DNA of 64,000 nucleotides, from the NCBI GenBank assembly GCA_965230945.1, contig OZ246397.1, forward strand, positions 304,749 through 368,748, written 5' to 3'. This document shows positions 57,704 through 64,000 of the stretch, in pieces. The notes below the pieces were generated by a model. That model had not been told where the DNA came from. It made no database searches and worked only from the letters and a program-made list of their open reading frames with translations. The DNA is from an uncultured Gammaproteobacteria bacterium (GTDB lineage: Bacteria > Patescibacteriota > Microgenomatia > PFEM01 > JAPLYW01). A program made the translations under genes and the position numbers. Position 1 is the first letter of the stretch. Each line of letters opens with the position of its first letter.

Positions 57704-59719
57704 ATGGAAAAAACCTATCAGCCTCAAAAAACTGAAAAAAAAATTTATCGCCTTTGGGAAAAGAAAGATTATTTTAAACCCCAAGAAGGGATAAAAGGCA
57801 AAAAACCTTTTGTCATCACTCTCCCACCTCCTAATGTTACCGGTAAACTTCATCTGGGTCAGGCCATGTATGTCTTGGAAGATATTATGGTTCGTTACCA
57901 CCGTATGCTCGGTGAACCAACTCTCTGGCTGCCTGGTTTTGACCATGCCTCTATTATTGTCGAGCATTTGGTCGTTAAAGAACTTAAAAAAGAAGGTAAA
58001 AGTAAGAAAGAACTCGGTAGAGAAAAATTCTTAAAGGAAGCTCAAAAATTTGCCTTAGACTCAAAAAAGACCATCAAAAACCAACTTAAATCAATGGGTT
58101 TTTCTTTAGACTGGTCAAAAGAAGCCTACACCTTAGATGAGGAAAGATCAGAAGCCGTCAAAGAGGCCTTCAAAAGGCTTTCCGAAAAAGGCCTTATCTA
58201 CCAGGGGGAAAGAATCATTAATTGGTGTTCCCGATGCCAAACAGCTCTCTCTGATTTGGAGAACGATTATCAGGAAGAAAAAGGTCAACTTTATTATATG
58301 AAATATGGCCCTTTTACTTTAGCGACCACTCGCCCAGAAACTAAATTTGGTGATACCGCTGTTGCCATTCATCCCAAAGATAAACGTTATCAAAAATGGA
58401 TTGGTAAAGAATTTACTTATCAATCTTTAGTTGGACCAAAAAAAATGAAGGTCATTGCTGATGAAGCAGTTGACCCTCAATTTGGCACCGGCGTCGTCAA
58501 AGTTACGCCTGGTCATGATCCCAATGACTTTGAAATCGGCCAAAGACACCACTTAAAAACTATTAATGTTATTGACCAAAAAGGACGTTTAACTAAAATA
58601 GCCGGCAGATTTGCTGGCTTAACTGTTGCTGAAGCTAGAAAAAGAGTCGTCGCTGGATTAAAGGAGAAAGGAGACTTAGTTAAAACTGAAGAGATTACTC
58701 ACGCCGTTGGCCACTGTCAACGTTGTGGCATGACGACTGAACCTTTAGTCTCCAAACAATGGTTCATTAAAACTAAACCTTTAGCCAAAGAGGCCATCAA
58801 GGCTGTTAAAGAAGGGAAAATTAAAATTATTCCTAAAAGATTTGAAAAGATTTACTTTAACTGGCTGGAAAATATTCATGATTGGTGTATCTCTCGTCAG
58901 TTATGGTGGGGTCATCCAATACCAATTAAGGGAGAAAGTGATGTTTTAGACACTTGGTTTTCTTCCGGACTTTGGTCCTTTTCAACCTTAGGTTGGCCTA
59001 AAAAAACTCAAGACTATCAAAATTTCTATCCGACGACAACGAGAGAAACGGGATATGATATCCTCTTTTTCTGGGTCGCCAGAGAAATTATGCTTGGTCT
59101 ATTTTTAACTAAAAAAGTTCCTTACAAAACCGTCTATCTACATGGTCTAGTTAGAGATAAACATGGACAAAAAATGAGTAAAAGCAAAGGTAATGTTTTG
59201 GATCCCTTGAACCTAACTAAAAAGCATGGTACTGATGCTCTTAGAATGGCTCTAGTGGTTGGTAATCCCCCGGGAAATGATATTTCTGTAGCCGAAGAAA
59301 AAATTAAGGCCTACAGAAATTTTGCCAATAAAGTTTGGAATGCCTCCCGTTTTATCCTCGATAGAACCAAAGCCAAAAAAGCAAAATCTAATCATCCTGA
59401 TGACCAAAAACTAGAAAAGGCAATTCAAAAAACCATCAAAAAGGTCAATGGCTTTATGGAGCGCTATCGTTTTGATCTGGCCGCGGATGAAGTTTACCAT
59501 TTCTTCTGGCATACCTTTTGCGATAAATATATTGAACAAAGTAAAGATCGTTTTAAAAAAGCACAAGGAACTCTAACTGAAAGCCTGAAGGCCCTTCTAA
59601 AACTCCTCCATCCCTTCATGCCTTTTATAACAGAAGAAATTTGGCAAATCGGTAAAGAAAAGCAACCCCAATTCTTTAAAGAGAAAGCTGCTATCACCGC
59701 AAAATGGCCCAAAGAATAA
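57704..59719 (+). CDS. valS: Valine-tRNA ligase (compact)
   Basis: PPPNVTG.LHLGQ, ATTRPET, TP.HDPND, WCISRQLWWGH, DTWFSS, KMSKS, LHPFMPFITEE. Confidence 0.96.
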   Translation: MEKTYQPQKTEKKIYRLWEKKDYFKPQEGIKGKKPFVITLPPPNVTGKLHLGQAMYVLEDIMVRYHRMLGEPTLWLPGFDHASIIVEHLVVKELKKEGKSKKELGREKFLKEAQKFALDSKKTIKNQLKSMGFSLDWSKEAYTLDEERSEAVKEAFKRLSEKGLIYQGERIINWCSRCQTALSDLENDYQEEKGQLYYMKYGPFTLATTRPETKFGDTAVAIHPKDKRYQKWIGKEFTYQSLVGPKKMKVIADEAVDPQFGTGVVKVTPGHDPNDFEIGQRHHLKTINVIDQKGRLTKIAGRFAGLTVAEARKRVVAGLKEKGDLVKTEEITHAVGHCQRCGMTTEPLVSKQWFIKTKPLAKEAIKAVKEGKIKIIPKRFEKIYFNWLENIHDWCISRQLWWGHPIPIKGESDVLDTWFSSGLWSFSTLGWPKKTQDYQNFYPTTTRETGYDILFFWVAREIMLGLFLTKKVPYKTVYLHGLVRDKHGQKMSKSKGNVLDPLNLTKKHGTDALRMALVVGNPPGNDISVAEEKIKAYRNFANKVWNASRFILDRTKAKKAKSNHPDDQKLEKAIQKTIKKVNGFMERYRFDLAADEVYHFFWHTFCDKYIEQSKDRFKKAQGTLTESLKALLKLLHPFMPFITEEIWQIGKEKQPQFFKEKAAITAKWPKE

Positions 59720-60234
59720 AGATTAAAAAATTTTTTCTCTCTAAGAAATTTCTGAGTTTTAAAAAAGGGACTTATCGATGGATTGGGCCTATTGGGGTAA
59801 GTTTAATCTTCATTCTCATTCTCCTTTCTTTGTTTCTACCTAAAAATAATCTTCAGCTTTTAAAAGAAAAGCTTCTAAAAAATAGCTATCATTTAGAAAA
59901 TAAGCTTAAATTAAGTAAGGCTCTTTTAGAAAGCAATCAATTTAAAACGGCCGGAGAAATTCTTAAAAGCATCCCTTTAACCGAAGATATAAAAACAAGC
60001 CAGCTTTGGCAGGAAAAACATTATTCAGATCCTGAAGACATAAGACAATTAATAAAAATATGGGGAGGAATTACTAAGGATAAGCCTCATTACCGCGACG
60101 GCTATCTTCAATTGGCCATTCTCCATTACAAAATTAAGGAAAAGGAAAAAGCAAGGGGAAATCTGCAAAAAGCTTTAGAAATTGATCCCAATTTTGAACT
60201 GAGCAATAAATTAAAGGAGATTATTTTCCCTTAG
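59704..60234 (+). CDS. Membrane-anchored TPR protein
   Basis: TM plus TPR (P.YRDGYLQLA.L....A...LQKALEIDPN). Confidence 0.75.
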   Translation: MAQRIKIKKFFLSKKFLSFKKGTYRWIGPIGVSLIFILILLSLFLPKNNLQLLKEKLLKNSYHLENKLKLSKALLESNQFKTAGEILKSIPLTEDIKTSQLWQEKHYSDPEDIRQLIKIWGGITKDKPHYRDGYLQLAILHYKIKEKEKARGNLQKALEIDPNFELSNKLKEIIFP

Positions 60235-60973
60235 ATTTTTCCTGTTTTTGTTCTTCTTGAAGTGACTCCTTAGTTTTCTCCTCCTGAGGCTCCTTCTCTT
60301 CCTCTTTACCTTCTTTTTTCTCCTCCTCTATCCGCTCTTCGCCTTCCTCTGTCACTTCTTCACCCTCCTCTTTTTCCTCTACTGGAGCTACTTCCTCTTC
60401 CTTAGCTGGAGGCTCGATCTTAGCTAAAATCTGCGAAGTATCAGTTAAGGGTCTAACACCTTCGGCTAATTTAACATCAGCTAGTGTAACTGCATCGTCA
60501 ATTTGTTCTAAGCTGGAAATATTTAGCTCTATCTTTTCTGGAAGATCAGCGGGTAAAGCTTCGACCTCAATTTCACTTAAAGGCTGAATTAGAATACCGA
60601 CTTTACCTTTAACGGCTGCTGATTCTCCTACCAATTCTACCGGAATTTTAGCCGTCACTTTTTCTTTTAAGTCTACTTGGTAGAAATCTGCATGGAGGGG
60701 TTCATCACTTACCGAATGATATTGAATATTATGAATTAAAACCGGTCTTACCTTATCTTCTCCCTTAACTTTTAACTCCACCAATCCTGTTTCTCCGACT
60801 CCTTTAAGTATTGGCAGAAATGATTTTAAATCCACTTGCACAGCCAATGATTTAATTTCCTTGCCATAAATATTGGCTGGTAAAATACCCTCCTGACGCA
60901 AAAGCTTAACCTTGTGGCCAATCACTTTTCTCTTTTCAACATTAAGTTTAATTTTATCTTTTTTCGTCAACAT
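60221..60973 (-). CDS. rplY: 50S ribosomal protein L25/Ctc
   Basis: LRQEGILPANIYG, HADFYQV, IPVELVGE, EALPADLPE, acidic tail. Confidence 0.96.
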   Translation of the reverse strand: MLTKKDKIKLNVEKRKVIGHKVKLLRQEGILPANIYGKEIKSLAVQVDLKSFLPILKGVGETGLVELKVKGEDKVRPVLIHNIQYHSVSDEPLHADFYQVDLKEKVTAKIPVELVGESAAVKGKVGILIQPLSEIEVEALPADLPEKIELNISSLEQIDDAVTLADVKLAEGVRPLTDTSQILAKIEPPAKEEEVAPVEEKEEGEEVTEEGEERIEEEKKEGKEEEKEPQEEKTKESLQEEQKQEKSKGK

Positions 60974-60987
60974 AGATTAGTATCTTA

Positions 60988-63498
60988 TCATCTAACTAAA
61001 TTAATTTCAAATAGTAAATCTTGGTTAAATTGGGGATGAAAAAGAAGACCATCAGTAGTTTGGCTAAAATCCATCGATGAAAACGCTTGTCTATCAGAGG
61101 GTGGCATAAACCAAAGACTGAAAAATTCGTCCTTAATTCCTGGCTGCTTTTGCAGGAAAAACAAATAGCGATTAACTTTTTTACCCAACTTCTCTTTTAA
61201 TCGATAAACTACTTCTAAAGAACGACTTTCCTGAATGGGCACTTCAACGAGAAAACCAAAAATTTGTCTTTCGTGTTCCTCCATCCTTTCTATTTCTTCA
61301 ACCTCCTGAATTTCACCGCTGCTGGGGTTTTTAATATTTACGGAAACCAGTTCTGCTTCTAAGGGAGCATAAATCCTAAGATAGCTTTTGTATCTACCAG
61401 CCGGAAAAGCTTCTGATTGAGAATCGTTACGATAATCAAGCTGTAAAGTCGATTCAACTAAACCATCATCTTGAACCCTTATCTGATGGGACAAGCTTCT
61501 TTTAAGAAAATAATTAGCCTTGTTAATGCCAACGTTAGCTTCTGAAATCAAAAGATAATCAACGAAACAACCTTCTTCTTTTAAACAATTAACATTTTTA
61601 ATACCTCCATCCCAGCCGAGCTCCTGAATAATGGCCGTGGCTTTTGGATTATCCAACCAAATGAGAAAATCTTTAGCAATTAAGCCAGGGTAAACATTCT
61701 TAGCTAAAGTGAATAAAGTTTTTTGATCACTTTCTTTAAGTTTCTCAAACAAAACTCGAGCTACTCCACCTAAAAAATCTTGCTTTTGGGTAGAGCCTGG
61801 AAAGAAATTTATTTCTGAATAATATTCGGCTCTGTCAAAGAAATTATCGGCATTAATTTTTTCTTGATAATCTGGAAGTTGAATTTCGCCAGTAGCCTGA
61901 AGCACTTTTTGAGCTAAGAAAAGATTAATTCCCAAAACTCCATCAACGCTTCTACCCGTCTCTTTTTCAAAAAACCAACTAGCTTTTATGGCCGAGCTAG
62001 GAAAATCAATGTCCCAATTAGAATCGCGTAAATACCAACCGGCTTCTCCCAAATATTTTTTAAGGTCTTCGGGTGGTTCAACGTGGCCTTTTAACTGACC
62101 ATCAGCCACATAAACATCATGAACTTCAAAATCAGTTAACTGTCCCTCATTAAAAGTCAAAATTCCATAGGAACCAATAAAGCCGCCTGTTGGCCTTAAC
62201 TCGCTGCTGTTTTGAAAAAGCACCAAATAGGTCTGCTTTTTGTCCAAACCAATTAACTCTGGCAAGAGTTCAATTCCTTTTCTAGCCTGAAGAAGTAAAT
62301 TTCTTACCCTGGCCACCTCTTTGATACTTCCTTCATTAGAAAATTGTCCTTCTACTAAGGAAAGGCGATTAAAGCTTTTCTCAAGATCTAATTTGATCTC
62401 CACAATTAAATCTCTCACATTAGCTGGTTCTTTTTGAAAAACAGCCTTTGCCAAAACACTGGCTCTATCAGCAGCTTTGATAAGGCTATTAATCCCCTCA
62501 GCGGCCGTCTTCCCCAAGAAAAATAAATTATTTATCCGACCGGCTTTGCTTTCGCTTACAAACTCAAAAATCCGACTCAATTGAACTGACTGCTGCTGTC
62601 CTTTTTTAAAAAAGTCCTGAGCCGTAGCTGCTTTTTTACCAGCACTAGTCAGATTACCTTCCAAAACTAAAGTCTGGGCTTGTTTAAGATAACGACTCCC
62701 CAAAAGCCCGTAAAAAGCCAAGGAAGTAAAAGGATAACTGATCAACAAAAACAAGAGAACAACAAGTAAAAGCCGCCAATACTTCATTGATACCCTTATT
62801 GATACCCTTCTAGAAGGCGAAGCTTGTTCTTCTTCTTTTGTTCTTTTAAATATCTCCCTTAAAGGGAAAGGTTTTTTAAATAAAGACTCTTTAACGACTA
62901 GTTTTTCCTTTTCAAAATATTCTTCAACTTGATTAAGTCCTCTTTTTAAACTTACCTTTGGCTTCCATCCTAATCTCTTATCTTCTTCCATTAAAGAAAA
63001 AGTTTGTTTGGCTGTTCCTCCGCCAAACATGGCCTTAAGTAAACCATAAATAAAATCTGAGACAAAAAGTGGTTGGATACCAAAACCTTGGTAACTCTTC
63101 TTAAGATGCTGATAATCTTCTTCCGGCATCCCCGGGCCATAAACATGAGAGAAACGGACCAACCTGACATCTTTTTTCTTCTCTTGAGAGTATTTGAAAA
63201 TTTTGTTTTCCAATAAGCTTTGATTTGAGGAAAATCCTAAAGCGAACAAAAATTTTGTTCCTTCGTCTGGCAAATCTAAAAGTTTTTTTATCTGCGGGAA
63301 ATCTTGACTAAAACAAAAAATGTAATCAAAAGTTTTAAATTCTTCTTTACTTATCTGGTCGCTAAAGAACTCCACCTGACAACCATACATCAACAAAGCC
63401 TTTTTTAAAAACGAGTCAACAAAATCCTTGGTTTTAACAATTAAAGCGACGGGTTTTTCTTTTGTTTCTTTAAGTTTGTGAAAAACTGTTTCATCCAT
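60988..63498 (-). CDS. DUF4012-domain membrane protein with a degenerate NAD-epimerase-like N-terminus
   Basis: YLVLFQN..ELRPTGGFIGSY, LRDSNW..DFP, NKANYF, YLRIY.P. The N-terminus has RFSHVYGP and LGWKPKVSL..GL. Confidence 0.85.
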   Translation of the reverse strand: MDETVFHKLKETKEKPVALIVKTKDFVDSFLKKALLMYGCQVEFFSDQISKEEFKTFDYIFCFSQDFPQIKKLLDLPDEGTKFLFALGFSSNQSLLENKIFKYSQEKKKDVRLVRFSHVYGPGMPEEDYQHLKKSYQGFGIQPLFVSDFIYGLLKAMFGGGTAKQTFSLMEEDKRLGWKPKVSLKRGLNQVEEYFEKEKLVVKESLFKKPFPLREIFKRTKEEEQASPSRRVSIRVSMKYWRLLLVVLLFLLISYPFTSLAFYGLLGSRYLKQAQTLVLEGNLTSAGKKAATAQDFFKKGQQQSVQLSRIFEFVSESKAGRINNLFFLGKTAAEGINSLIKAADRASVLAKAVFQKEPANVRDLIVEIKLDLEKSFNRLSLVEGQFSNEGSIKEVARVRNLLLQARKGIELLPELIGLDKKQTYLVLFQNSSELRPTGGFIGSYGILTFNEGQLTDFEVHDVYVADGQLKGHVEPPEDLKKYLGEAGWYLRDSNWDIDFPSSAIKASWFFEKETGRSVDGVLGINLFLAQKVLQATGEIQLPDYQEKINADNFFDRAEYYSEINFFPGSTQKQDFLGGVARVLFEKLKESDQKTLFTLAKNVYPGLIAKDFLIWLDNPKATAIIQELGWDGGIKNVNCLKEEGCFVDYLLISEANVGINKANYFLKRSLSHQIRVQDDGLVESTLQLDYRNDSQSEAFPAGRYKSYLRIYAPLEAELVSVNIKNPSSGEIQEVEEIERMEEHERQIFGFLVEVPIQESRSLEVVYRLKEKLGKKVNRYLFFLQKQPGIKDEFFSLWFMPPSDRQAFSSMDFSQTTDGLLFHPQFNQDLLFEINLVR

Positions 63499-63521
63499 CT
63501 TAAATTAATGACGTGAAATAA

Positions 63522-63947
63522 CTAAGAAATATTTTTGTCTAATGTTTGGTTAACTAATAAATCCGCTTCCTTGTTCATTTGACGAGAGATAAAACGATAG
63601 AAAAAATTAGCACCAATCTCTCTTTCCAATCCCCTTACCTGAATAATTAAATCAACTAACTTCGCGTCTTTAATTTTATAAAAACCATTTAACTGACTAA
63701 CAACTAATTTTGAATCGAGAAAAAAAATGAAATCAGCCTCTGTTTTTTTAAAATCTTTCCTAAGCCATTTTAAGGCTTCAATGACTCCTGAATATTCGGC
63801 TATATTATTGGTCGTTTGACCAAGAAACTTTCCAAAGCTTTTTATCTTCTTTTTGTGCTTATCTTTAATAACGACACCAATTGCCCCTAGTCCAGGATTG
63901 CCCCTTGATCCCCCATCCGTAAAAATAAAAAAAGTTTCTTTAGCCAT
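63522..63947 (-). CDS. rnhA: Ribonuclease HI family protein
   Basis: FTDGGSRGNPG, TNNIAEY, DSKLVV.QL.G.YKIK, R..NKEAD.L.N. Confidence 0.92.
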   Translation of the reverse strand: MAKETFFIFTDGGSRGNPGLGAIGVVIKDKHKKKIKSFGKFLGQTTNNIAEYSGVIEALKWLRKDFKKTEADFIFFLDSKLVVSQLNGFYKIKDAKLVDLIIQVRGLEREIGANFFYRFISRQMNKEADLLVNQTLDKNIS

Positions 63948-64000
63948 TTTAGAAAATTTTTCCTTTCTCTTTAATTAATTGGAGTAGTGTTTTTGGAAAA

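Overview
AT-rich, densely coding chromosomal window. It most likely comes from a Candidate Phyla Radiation bacterium (Patescibacteria, Microgenomates-like); this is inferred from streamlined housekeeping proteins, DUF4012, PEGA and VanW surface proteins, and many GT-C glycosyltransferases. TGA is used as stop. Core genes: truncated lon, pnp, rpsO, infB, nusA, hrcA-grpE-dnaK-dnaJ with a CIRCE-like operator, murJ, rpsT, two UvrD-family helicases, rmuC, metG, tatD, ychF, tRNA-Cys, groES-groEL, tsaD, valS, rplY and an RNase HI. Envelope genes: a PilN/PilO-linked surface-protein operon and two glycosylation clusters. No CRISPR array, transposase, integrase or rRNA was seen. Most noteworthy: (1) a 1.9-kb array of three nucleotide-enzyme genes (HD, minimal AAK-fold, HIT), each with its own promoter, punctuated by a 35-bp direct repeat and a tRNA 3'-end fragment, with no integrase; (2) an operon of secreted proteins sharing a TM-Q-x7-A N-terminal motif and LPxTG-like C-terminal anchors, including a triple 6-Cys domain on a Pro/Thr stalk; (3) pervasive leaderless-type gene starts; (4) a nucleotidyltransferase split by a -1 frameshift; (5) a protease-less Lon and an archaeal/eukaryotic-type DRG GTPase. 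All calls come from reading motifs; no database search was run.
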